Shown here: positions 1 to 8,259 of the stretch, piece by piece
Layout: each line of letters starts with the position of its first letter
How positions within the stretch are numbered: position 1 is the stretch's first letter
Source: an uncultured delta proteobacterium
GTDB lineage: Bacteria; Desulfobacterota; Binatia; DP-6
Direction of reading: 5' to 3'
DNA: 11,848 nucleotides
Assembly: GCA_963815115.1 (NCBI GenBank)
Contig: CAWFFN010000003.1
Location: 1-11,848 of the forward strand
Notes under the pieces: generated by a model
Told to the model about the DNA's origin: nothing
The model's input: only the letters and a program-made list of their open reading frames with translations
Database searches by the model: none
Made by a program: the position numbers and the translations under genes

Positions 1-33
1 TAGTCTCCGGTCGTTCGGCTTCGGAGCCTGCCG

Positions 34-423
34 TCACCGAGGCAAACGAAACCGACAGGACGGACCGGAGGCTCGGCTCAGCCGACGATCGAGCGTCGCA
101 AGCGGAAGGTCGAACGCCTCGGCGACCGCGACGTACCACGCGTCGTAGCTGGTCAGTTCCGGCGAAGCTCCCAGACCCGTTCGCCGAACGGCTCGAATGG
201 AACCAGCAGGATGTCGAGCGCCAGCAGATCGCGCGGGCCGCCGTCGCCTCGAGACGGCTGAGCTCGCCTCGCGCTCTCGAGCGGCGCAGGATGTTCGTGG
301 CCTCCACAAGGACGAGATGCGGCGCCACGATATCTCCATCGCCAGCAGCGTTCGGCCCACGTGCCTTCCGGCCCGGTCGGTCGCGACGGCCACGAGCACC
401 GATCCGTCGACGACGGCGCTCAC
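34..423 (-). CDS. vapC: PIN-domain toxin (VapC/FitB family), with several apparent frameshifts
   Basis: GTG start at 423 gives VSAVVDGSVLVAV (PIN N-terminal VVD.S motif). Switching frames recovers ..IVAPHLVLVEATNILRR..RDLLALDILLVPFEPFGERVWELR.. The in-frame C-terminus is LTSYDAWYVAVAEAFDLPLATLDRRL (YDA..LAT.D.RL PIN motif). The start overlaps the antitoxin stop (GTGA). Confidence 0.88.
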   Translation of the reverse strand: MSAVVDGSVLVAVATDRAGRHVGRTLLAMEISWRRISSLWRPRTSCAAREREASSAVSRRRRPARSAGARHPAGSIRAVRRTGLGASPELTSYDAWYVAVAEAFDLPLATLDRRLSRASGPSCRFRLPR

Positions 424-655
424 CGCCGATCGGCGTCCCGATGCTTCAGGATCTGCTTCGCGGTCACCCGCCTGCCGGCCGCGCGCTTGCGTCTCGCACG
501 CGCTCGAGCCAGCGTCGAGCGAGGGACGGGCGGCGAGGCGCTCGAGCTCCCCCTTGAGATACTCCTGCATGGACTTGCGCGTCACGAGCCGCGCGGGCCG
601 CGAGCTCGTCGCGAACCGCCTCAGGAACGTCGCGAATGGTGATCTGAACGCCCAT
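420..655 (-). CDS. Ribbon-helix-helix antitoxin (FitA/VapB-like), with apparent frameshifts
   Basis: MGVQITIRDVPEAVRDELAARAAR continues across frames as RKSMQEYLKGELERLAARPSLD..WLERVR..RKRAAGRRVTAKQILKHRDADRR*. This is a FitA-type IRDVP..L..RA...S RHH pattern, directly upstream of and coupled to the PIN gene. Confidence 0.85.
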
Positions 656-660
656 GACTC

Positions 661-689
661 ATTATGCCATCGTTGACATCAATATGCAA
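661..689 (-). promoter_or_regulatory. Sigma70-type promoter of the antitoxin-toxin operon, probably leaderless
   Basis: Minus strand reads TTGCAT (689-684), 17 nt, CATAAT (666-661) with a TGn extension, 5 nt, then ATG (655). The spacer contains a TTGA-N2-TCAA inverted repeat that may be an autoregulatory operator. Confidence 0.7.
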
Positions 690-768
690 TCAGCCATGTG
701 TGCGGCGATTCGTCCGAGCGCCGCGACGGCTCCTTGACCCGTGCCGGGCAGCCTCGTACGCGGGCCGC

Positions 769-1563
769 ATGAGCACGCCCGATCGCAGCTCCGTTCCCGA
801 CTATCCGGGCGCTGCTGCGTCTCGACGCGCGCGGCTTCGTCGTCGTCGGCGCGGGCCAGGGCATCGGACGGCAGACCGCGCATGCCCTCGCCCGGGCGGG
901 GGCGCGCGTCGTGTGCGCCGACGCCGAGCGCGACCGTGCGGACGCGGTCGCCAGCGAGGTGGGTGGCACGGCCTGGGTCGGCGACGTCCGGGGGCGTGCG
1001 CCGTGGAGCGCCTCGTCGCCGAGGCCGGACGCCCGCCTCGGCCACCTCGATGGCCTCGTCGACATCGTCGGGGAAGCACGCTTCGCTCCGTTCCTCGACT
1101 GCACCGACGAGGACTGGGACTGGACGTTCGGGATGGTCCTCCGCCACGCCTACCTGACGGCGCAGCTCGCCGGAAGCGTCATGGCGGATCGCGGCGGCGT
1201 GATGGTCTTCGTGGCGTCGGTGAGGGCCTCACGAGCGCCCCACGGCATGCCGCCTACGGAGCGGCGAAGGCAGGGCTCATGTCGCTCGTGCGCACGGTTG
1301 CCGTGGAGCTCGGGCCGCTGGGCATTCGTGCCAACGCCGTAGCGCCCGGCGCGGTGTGGGACGCCCCGTGTCGCCGCGCTCCTCGGCGAGGAAGGCAAGG
1401 CTCGCAACATCGCCAACGCTCCGCTCCGGCGGATCGGACTTCCCGCCGATGTCGCGAGCGCGATCCTGTTTCTCGCCTCGGACCTGTCGTCCTACATCAC
1501 CGGCCAGACCCTCGTGGTCGACGGTGGCGTCAGCGCCAAGTTCCCTACCCCTCGGGGGCCTGA
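769..1563 (+). CDS. Short-chain dehydrogenase/reductase (SDR, FabG-like), with several apparent frameshifts
   Basis: Joining frames gives [28 protein letters not shown] (Rossmann GxxxGxG), [26 protein letters not shown] (YxxxK), [51 protein letters not shown]. Confidence 0.9.
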   Translation: MSTPDRSSVPDYPGAAASRRARLRRRRRGPGHRTADRACPRPGGGARRVRRRRARPCGRGRQRGGWHGLGRRRPGACAVERLVAEAGRPPRPPRWPRRHRRGSTLRSVPRLHRRGLGLDVRDGPPPRLPDGAARRKRHGGSRRRDGLRGVGEGLTSAPRHAAYGAAKAGLMSLVRTVAVELGPLGIRANAVAPGAVWDAPCRRAPRRGRQGSQHRQRSAPADRTSRRCRERDPVSRLGPVVLHHRPDPRGRRWRQRQVPYPSGA

Positions 1564-1604
1564 GGGCGGCAGCTTGGAGCCCACGGGAGAACGAAGCTTC
1601 CGAC

Positions 1605-1628
1605 ACCCCGGCTGGGGTCCTTTTCTCT
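1605..1628 (+). terminator. Weak candidate intrinsic terminator after the SDR gene
   Basis: ACCCC-GGCT-GGGGT hairpin followed by CCTTTTCTCT. The stem is short. Confidence 0.3.
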
Positions 1629-1675
1629 GTGCCGCGGCGCCCACGGGTTGTAGACCCGGCGCCGGGGGAGCTGCC

Positions 1676-2646
1676 ATGGGTCAGGCCGTCGCCTGCAGCC
1701 TGCGCATCGCTATCGTCGTGGCGTCGCTCACGCTGGCGTCGAGTGCTCGCGCCCAGGTGGACGTGAGCGGGCCGTGGGGAGTGAGAAACGACGTGCTCGG
1801 ATTTGACATCGGCACGTTCCACCAGACGGGCACCAGCCTTTCGGCGACGATCTGGGGAGGTGCCTGGGCGGGCACCATCGATTCCGCCTCGGGGTCCTTC
1901 CTGCTGAACGGTCCGCCTGCGCCGGGAGCTCCGGGGTGCCCGGGCATGCAGCTCGTGGCCGGCGTCCACCCCGGGGGGTCTCGTTCCAGGGCGGGGTGAC
2001 CCTCTGGTTCGTCGGGCCCTTCGGTGAGTGCGTCTTCGCAAACGTGTCGGTCATCGGCCGGCGCTGCGGCAATGGCGTCCTCGACCCGGGCGAGCAGTGC
2101 GACGATGGGAACTTCGCCGACGGTGACTGCTGCCCGTCGAGCTGCATGTTTGCCACGTGCAAGGCAGCCGTCGAGTCCGCGGCGTCCCGGCTGGCGATCT
2201 CCAATCGCACGCCCGACGCGAAGGACAGGCTCGGCTGGAAGTGGAACAAGGGCGCCGCCACCACCATCGAGGAGTTCGGGGATCCCACCGCCGGCAACGG
2301 ATACACGCTCTGCGTCTTCGACGGCTCACCCGCGGCCCCGCCGCCCCTCTCGCTCCGGTACCCGGCGGGCAGCGAGTGGACGCCCAGCAGGAAGGGCTTC
2401 CACTACCGCAGCCGCAGTGGCGCGCCGCACGGCCTCCGCTCGGTGACGCTGACGGCCGGTATCGACGGGAAGGCGAAGGTATCGGTGAAGGGTGCCGGGG
2501 AGCTCGTCCCTCTGCCGACCACGGCGACGCCCCTGGGACTTCCCGTGCGCGTTCAGCTCCAGAGCGACGCGGGCACGTGCTGGGCGGCGGCGTTCTCCAC
2601 CGCCAAATCGAACGACGGGACGACCTTCAAGGCGAAGTCGGACTGA
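1676..2646 (+). CDS. Secreted protein with one Myxococcus-type Cys-rich repeat (DUF4215-like) and an unnamed C-terminal beta-rich domain; one frameshift near 1970-1978
   Basis: GGGGAG lies before ATG 1676. Signal peptide [27 protein letters not shown]. ORFs 1514-1999 and 1936-2646 join at the CCCC/GGGGGG run. [27 protein letters not shown] is encoded at 2065-2145. Confidence 0.8.
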
Positions 2647-2651
2647 GGGCG

Positions 2652-3988
2652 CTACGCCGCCTTGCCCCCTGTAGGCGCGCGGCCATGCGGCGCGCCCGCG
2701 CGCCATCTCGCCGATCTCCGCCGGTCGGACGAGCAGCGTCTCCAGGACGGAGTGCCCGAGTCGCGCACGAAGGCGATGAGCAGCACCAGCGCAGCGGTGC
2801 CGTAGGACAGGCCGTTGGCGAGCGCCGCGCCGGAATCCCGTAGCGCGGGATCAGGAAGATGTTCAGGCGTCACGTTGAGCGCGAGCGCGAGGCAGGCAGC
2901 GAAGATGTTGATCTCCTGTTTGCCCCGGCTGGTGAAGTTGCGGGTGAGGAGCTGGTACAGCGCCATCACGAGCAGTCCCGGCAGGAGGATGAGGAGCGGC
3001 CTGATGGCGCCGTCGTAGCGGTGGCCGTACAGGATGGGGATAGGATCGGACCGGCGAGAGCGAAGCCGAGGACGCCGAGCGCCAGGACGAAGAGCGTGGA
3101 GCGGCAGACGCGGGTGGTGGCCGCGTGGGCGTCGCGGTCGGCGGAGCCCGCGAGGCGCGGGAACATCACCGTGCCGGTCGCCTCGGGAATCTTGAGGAGC
3201 AGGCTGCCGAAGTTGACCGCGATCGCGTAGAGGCCGACCTCGGCGGGGGACAGGAAGTAGGCGCAGATGTACTGGTCGATGCGCAGGTGCAGCGTCGCCG
3301 CCAGCGTCTGCACGTAGGACTTGCTGCCGAACGACAGCATCCCGCGCGCGAGCTGCCGGTTCCAGTGCAGGTGCAGCGGCGCTTCACGGTGCACCCGCCA
3401 GGTCATCCACAGCGTCATGAAGACCTGGATCATGACCTGCACGATGACCGCGCCGACGAGCCCCATGTGGAGCAGCACCAGCGTGATCAGGAGGCCGACC
3501 AGGCTGAGCACGTTCGGCACGATCTGGCGGACGTTGTATTCGCGGAAACGCTCCTGCGCCTGCGCGACGCCCAGCAGATAGAACTGGAGCGTGACGAACG
3601 GGATCAGCGCCAGCGAGGGCGGGATGAGCGACGGGGGCGTGTCCTTCAGGAACTTCGCGATCAGCCAGTCGCGGCCGAGGTAGCACACCAGCGCGGCAAC
3701 GGTGCCGCTGACGAAGGCGAACCAGATCGAGTTCGATGCGACGTCCGACGCGGACGCCCCGCGCCGCCGCATGTAGTAGACGCTCGCCTGCGGGATGCCG
3801 AGCTTGACGAAGTTCGACAGCATGATCGGCAGCAGCACGAGGAGCTGGAAGCGGCCGCGATCGGCCGGCCCGAGCCAGCGCGCCGTGATGATGCCGTTCA
3901 CGATGCCGATGGCCATCATGGCCACCTGACCGCCGAGGACCTGGAGTGAGTCTGCGGCGAAGTGCCGGCGGGCCTTGTGCTCAGCCAT
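2652..3988 (-). CDS. Wzx-like oligosaccharide flippase (MOP superfamily, polysaccharide biosynthesis protein), frameshifted in the 3' part
   Basis: MAEHKARRHF..IITARWLGPADRGRFQLL..LGIPQASVYY..LHLRIDQYICAYFLSPAEVGLYAIA..VMFPRLA are typical Wzx motifs, with many TM segments. The C-terminus (ILYGHRYDGAIRPLLILLPG..GAALANGLSY) is recovered across shifts at about 3040 and 2700-2880. The 3' end is approximate. Confidence 0.88.
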
Positions 3989-5860
3989 GCGAGCTCTCCG
4001 CGGCGCCAGGCGGGAGTGCGTAGAGGGCGGACCCGCCGGCACGCACCACGGGAGCGCCTGCCCGGTCGAGGAACGCCCGCCACAGCCCGGTGACCTGGGC
4101 CTCGTAGGGATCGCCGGCCGCCTTCAGGTCGTTCTCATCCACGGCGACGTGCGTCGCGCCGAGCCGGCGGGCTGCGTCGCCGAGAGCATCGACCGTGTTC
4201 ACGTGCCGGTAGTCGACGAGACCCTGCTCGAGGTAGCTCATCAGCACGAAGGGCCGCTCGATGAAGTAGGGGTGGGGATCTTCTCGAACACGAGCACGCG
4301 TCCGGTCGCGGGGATGGCCTGGTTGGCCTGGTGCCAGAAGACATAGCGGTCCGAGTAGCGGGAAAGGAAGACCTCGGGGGCGAGGCGCCCGAAGGCGACG
4401 CGCACCTGGTCCGGCCACATGGGGCGGAGCATGCGGCTCACGAGGAGCAGGTTGCCGCCGACGGTGACCGCCACCACCAGACAGAACAGGCGCCGCCCGC
4501 ACAGCGCCCGCGCCGCCGGCGTCGCGGCCGCGATCAGGAGCGCGAGCCCGGGAAGCACGTAGCGCGGGTGCGCCCACGCCCCGACTGCGATGATCGCGAC
4601 GTAGCCGGCTCCGATCGCGGCCACCGCCAGCGCGGCGCCCCGTCGCTCCCGGAGCAGGACCAGCGCCGGGAGGAAGGCCAGGCTCCACGGGCTCGTGTCC
4701 TGTCCCTGTCGCTTGCCCTTCTCGAACGACTCCGGATGCATGGTGAGATCCCACGGGAAGCGCGCCACCTCGGTGCCCCGGTAGGGCTTGCCGCCGCGCT
4801 GCGAGGCCTCCGTGGTGCGGTACTGGTCGTAGTACAGGTCGAGATACGCGGCCGCCTCGGTACTCCAGTTGCGCCCCGCGAACACCCTCTGGCCGAAGGG
4901 GTAGAGAGGATTTCCGGTCTCGACCAGGTTGCGTACGTACCAGGGCGAGAGCAGCACGAGCGCGAGCACGCCGAAGCTCAGCGCGGCGCCGCCGGCGCGT
5001 CCGAGCGCGAGGCGGCGGCGGGCGAGGACGGCGAGGACGCCGATGCCCACCAGCGTCGGCACGAGCAGCGCCATGATCTTGGAGCCGCCCGCGAGACCGG
5101 CCATGATGCCCGCGCGTCGCAGGTCGCCCGCCCGCTCGCTGCTTGCCCAGTCGAGCAACGCCGAGACGGCGAGCGCGGCGTAGAGCACCACGCTCGTGTC
5201 GGTTCCTGCGCGGGTCATCTGCGACCAGCACATCCCGGTGGTGAAGAACACGGCGCCGGCGACGGCTCCCAGCCGATCACCGAGATGGCGGCGAGTGAGC
5301 GTCGCCAGGGCGAGCGCAGCCATCACGCCGGCGACGGCGTTCAGCAGCCGCGCCAGGACGTCGCCGCGCAGCGCGAAGGCGATCGTGAAGAGAAAGTTCT
5401 CGAGCCACTGCTGCTGTCCCCAGAAGGTCCAGGGTGTGGGCACGAGGCCGCCGGCGAGCGCGTAGAGCCGCGGGTAGACGAGATGGTACTTCTCCTGGTC
5501 GCCGCCCACCGGCGGCGCGAACCACGTCGGCGCCTCGATGAGCAGCAGCAGGGCACAAGCGGCCACGAGAACCCACGTCATGAGCCCGCGCGGCGCGCGC
5601 ACCGCGCGCAGGGCAGCGATGAGAGGCGAGCCGCCCGCGACGAGCGCGATCGCGCCCGCGATCGCGAGGGGCAGGGGGCGGAGCACTCCGGCGGCGGCGA
5701 GCCCGAGCCCGACCAAGCTGGCCAGCCCGAGGCCGGTGGCGAGGCCCGCCAGCAGATGCTCGTGGGGCTGGTTCGGCAGCGCGCTCGCGGCGCGCAGCGC
5801 GAGCAACCCGGCCGCGGCGCTGGCTGCGAGCACCGCGAGCAGCAGGAGCAGATCGATCAC
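3981..5860 (-). CDS. Polytopic membrane glycosyltransferase, GT-C fold (ArnT/PMT, GT39/GT83-like); frameshift near 4270
   Basis: GTG 5860 gives MIDLLLLLAV.. with many TM helices and PPVGGDQEKYHL, GLAGGSK and SPWYVRNLVETGNPLYPF motifs plus HPRYVLP. The C-terminal soluble part (EKIPHPYFIERPF..AESSHG*) continues in the frame of ORF 3981-5231. The stop overlaps the flippase start by 8 nt. Confidence 0.78.
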
Positions 5861-5940
5861 GACGACCCCCGGAGGTAGCCGAGCCAGTAGATCGCGTAGA
5901 TCGCCGCCGCCCAGACGCCGAGCACCAGCCGGAGGCTCAC
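5857..5940 (-). CDS. Small single-TM peptide (27 aa) coupled to the glycosyltransferase
   Basis: GGAG lies 7 nt before GTG 5940. The product is MSLRLVLGVWAAAIYAIYWLGYLRGSS*. Its TGA overlaps the GT start (GTGA). Confidence 0.55.
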   Translation of the reverse strand: MSLRLVLGVWAAAIYAIYWLGYLRGSS

Positions 5941-6065
5941 GACGGCGCTCCGGCGACGGACTCCTGGGGGCACATGGGCGCGGGAGAATAGCGGGAAGCC
6001 TCCCGGATGACGAGAGCAACGAAGCCCGCTTACGTTGTGGCACCTGCGGGGGTCCAGCGACGCTG

Positions 6066-6095
6066 TTCCCAATCCCGACGGTGCCCGCGTATACT
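6066..6095 (+). promoter_or_regulatory. Candidate sigma70 promoter for mntA-hepT, leaderless
   Basis: TATACT at 6090-6095 lies 6 nt before GTG 6102. A weak -35 (TTCCCA, 6066-6071) is 18 nt upstream. There is no SD sequence. Confidence 0.55.
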
Positions 6096-6101
6096 GCGCC
6101 G

Positions 6102-6509
6102 GTGACCGCCATTGACGACATCCGCGGCGTACTGGATCAGCGCGACGATGTCCGCCTCGCGTACGTCTTCGGTTCCGTCGCCCGCGGGCACGCCCGGCCC
6201 CGCAGTGACGTCGACGTGGCGGTGCTCTTCGAGGGGGAGGCCACGCCGGGGGTGCTGGACCATTTCACCGAGGACCTCGAAGACGCTGCGGGCCGACGGG
6301 TCGATCTCATCGACCTCGCGACGGCTCCTCCCCTTCTGGCGCATCAGGTCGTGTCCACGGGCACCTGCATCGTGTGTCGCAACCCGAGGGAGCGTGCGTC
6401 CTTCGAGACCAGGACCGTCATCCGCTATCTCGACACTGCGCATCTCCGAAAGCTCCAGCACAGGTATCTCGCCAAACGCGTACAGGCGCGTCATGACGAT
6501 CGAGCCTGA
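6102..6509 (+). CDS. mntA: MNT nucleotidyltransferase antitoxin (type VII TA, MntA family)
   Basis: AYVFGSVARGHARPRSDVDVAVLF carries the GS-x10-DxD motif, followed by VDLIDL. The gene overlaps the downstream HEPN gene by 17 nt. Confidence 0.92.
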   Translation: MTAIDDIRGVLDQRDDVRLAYVFGSVARGHARPRSDVDVAVLFEGEATPGVLDHFTEDLEDAAGRRVDLIDLATAPPLLAHQVVSTGTCIVCRNPRERASFETRTVIRYLDTAHLRKLQHRYLAKRVQARHDDRA

Positions 6510-6921
6510 CGTCGTCAGGCGCAAGCTTCTCGAGATCAACGAGGCCACGGGGCACCTGCGTTCGTGGATCCCGGTTACAATCGAGCGGCTCGAGACGGAC
6601 CAGCAACTCCGCTGGGCCGTCGAGCGGGGCCTGCAGGTCGCCGCCGAGGCGCTTTTCGACGTCGGGGCGCACATTCTTACAGCCGAATTCCAGGAGGCTG
6701 TGGACGAATACCGGCACATTCCGAAGCGACTCCTAGCCCGAGGCGTCCTGTCGTCGGAGACCGCTGCAAAGCTGAAAGGCCTCGCCGGCTTTCGCAATGT
6801 CCTTGTGCACGAGTACGCCGAGATCGACCTGAAGCGCGTTCACGCTGGGCTCGAGCGACTCGGCGACTTCGACGCGTTCGTCTCGGACGTGGAGCGCTGG
6901 CTGCAAGAGAGGACGGGGTGA
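6493..6921 (+). CDS. hepT: HEPN RNase toxin (DUF86/HepT family)
   Basis: 142 aa with AVERGLQVAAEALFDVG and GFRNVLVHEY (R-x4-H-x-Y motif), paired with the MNT gene. Confidence 0.93.
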   Translation: MTIEPDVVRRKLLEINEATGHLRSWIPVTIERLETDQQLRWAVERGLQVAAEALFDVGAHILTAEFQEAVDEYRHIPKRLLARGVLSSETAAKLKGLAGFRNVLVHEYAEIDLKRVHAGLERLGDFDAFVSDVERWLQERTG

Positions 6922-7007
6922 GGAGGTGATGACGGGGCTGCTCGAGCGACACGGCCCCGGGTGGCTCGGGGCAGGACACCCTATTTCTTGATCATGACGT
7001 GCTCTCC

Positions 7008-7031
7008 TTGAGGTACGAATTGAGGTACGAA
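7008..7031. repeat. Perfect 12-bp tandem repeat, TTGAGGTACGAA x2
   Basis: Read directly at 7008-7019 and 7020-7031, in intergenic DNA. Confidence 0.85.
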
Positions 7032-7197
7032 CGTCGGCGACGGCCTGCGCAGGCGCCGGAGGTTCGATCGGCCATCGATCACGCGGACCGCGCGCAACGG
7101 TGTCATGCTCGTGAGCCGTACAGCTTCGCGCGAGGCACCTGCCGATCTGCGCGCGCTGCGCAGCCCGCTCCCGCTGTGTGTGGGCCCGCGATATTCA

Positions 7198-8064
7198 CTA
7201 TAGGGAGATATGGAAGCAAGAACACGGGAAATTGTCAGCACCCACACAGGATGATCCAATAGGACAATGGCCGCCGCATTGGGGAAACGTACCCCCGCAG
7301 ACGGGGGGTGGGGCACAGCCGCACGTTCCACCGAAGTTGACGCCCACACATCTCATCCCGTTAGGGCAAGTGCCGTTGCAGGCCGGCCTAGATCCCCTAC
7401 ACGTGAAGATCATCGTGGTCGTTGTGGTCGTGGTCGTTGTGGTCGTGGTCGGGGTCATCGGCGGTGAGCAGGTGCCCTCGGTCACCGGCTTTGCAACCTT
7501 GAACTGCTTCGTGCCGTCGTTGGTGACCTGCCCGTCCGCGAAGCGAACGTCGTAGGTGTCGCCGCCCTCCCCGACCTCGAGCCGCATGCAGCCGTCCGTG
7601 CCGGGGTTGGGTGGCAACACGGCAATCGCCCCGAGCTGGCCGATGGCGACGGCCTTGATCCGGAAGACCCCGCCACCCGATCTCTTCAGCTGCGCGACTT
7701 TGACCGGGCCATTCTCGCCCTTCGAGTCCTTGTACTTGAAGCCCCTGACGGCATCGCCGCTCCAGAACGGCTGCCCGGTCAGTGCGCTCGTGCCTCCGGG
7801 CAAGGTGAACGTCTGCTCGCTCGACGTACCGCCGTTGGCCGTGAGCGTGAGGGTCGCACCCGAGCCGGCGGGGTCACCCACGATGGTATCGGGGCTCCCC
7901 ACCTCCCTCGCTTTGACCACGACCTGCCGCCTGGCGGGCGTGCTCGGATTCTTCACTACGAGCTGGTCGCCGAGGATGGTCTGGTCGGCGGCGCCGGCGG
8001 GCCGTGCCGCCGTCACCGTCAGGGCAAGCAGCAGGGCGATGTGGGTCGTCGGACGATGAAACAT
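7198..8064 (-). CDS. Secreted protein: signal peptide, unnamed beta-rich domain, Thr12 linker and C-terminal Cys-rich modules
   Basis: GAGGAG SD before ATG 8064. Signal peptide MFHRPTTHIALLLALTVTAARPAGA-ADQ. Twelve Thr codons at 7414-7449. The C-terminus has 12 Cys in about 70 aa (PACNGTCPNGMRC, PQCGGHCPIGSSC). Tandem stops TAG TGA. Confidence 0.85.
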   Translation of the reverse strand: MFHRPTTHIALLLALTVTAARPAGAADQTILGDQLVVKNPSTPARRQVVVKAREVGSPDTIVGDPAGSGATLTLTANGGTSSEQTFTLPGGTSALTGQPFWSGDAVRGFKYKDSKGENGPVKVAQLKRSGGGVFRIKAVAIGQLGAIAVLPPNPGTDGCMRLEVGEGGDTYDVRFADGQVTNDGTKQFKVAKPVTEGTCSPPMTPTTTTTTTTTTTTMIFTCRGSRPACNGTCPNGMRCVGVNFGGTCGCAPPPVCGGTFPQCGGHCPIGSSCVGADNFPCSCFHISL

Positions 8065-8212
8065 GGCCGGAGTCCTCCTCGCGGTTGGTCGTCGGTGGTG
8101 TTCGGATGCCCGAAGCAGACTGCGGCGTCTCACCCTGGGGGCGTCGAAGGCCGCCGTTTCTGGGCCTCGTCAAGGACCGGTCGGATCAATGAACCTCCTC
8201 CGAAAGGGGAAC

Positions 8213-8259
8213 GTGACAACGGTGGGAACATGGGTGTGACGCGGCTGGGAACATCACCG
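8213..8259 (-). promoter_or_regulatory. Left pair of ATGTTCCC-N6-GTCAC boxes (23-bp period), upstream of the 8064 gene
   Basis: On the plus strand, GTGAC-N6-GGGAACAT occurs at 8213-8231 and 8236-8254. This is the inverted counterpart of 8711-8757. Confidence 0.7.

Noticed and set aside
5538-6101. Long N-terminal extensions of MntA (from 5538) and HepT (from 6112) in the ORF track
   Set aside because: They overlap other genes. Family lengths and the promoter position support starts at 6102 and 6493.
6929-6991. 20-codon ORF MTGLLERHGPGWLGAGHPIS after AGGAGG
   Set aside because: AGGAGG is only 2 nt from the ATG and the peptide has no features. Unsupported.
7066-7075. GGTTCGATC nearby (about 7061-7069), resembling a tRNA T-loop or att remnant
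   Set aside because: No T-stem pairing, acceptor stem or CCA end.
7185-7208. TCACTATAGGGAGA (7195-7208) matches the 3' 14 nt of the T7 promoter, and the preceding CCCGCGATATT resembles the vector context
   Set aside because: The TAATACGAC recognition part is absent. The bases encode the last codons and the TAG TGA stops of the minus-strand gene, and there is no other vector or phage sequence. Treated as coincidence.
8191-8220. CTCC-GAAA-GGGG tetraloop hairpin, superficially like a c-di-GMP-I riboswitch
   Set aside because: It lacks the GCAAA/GCAAAG elements and the second stem, and is on the wrong strand for the nearest gene.
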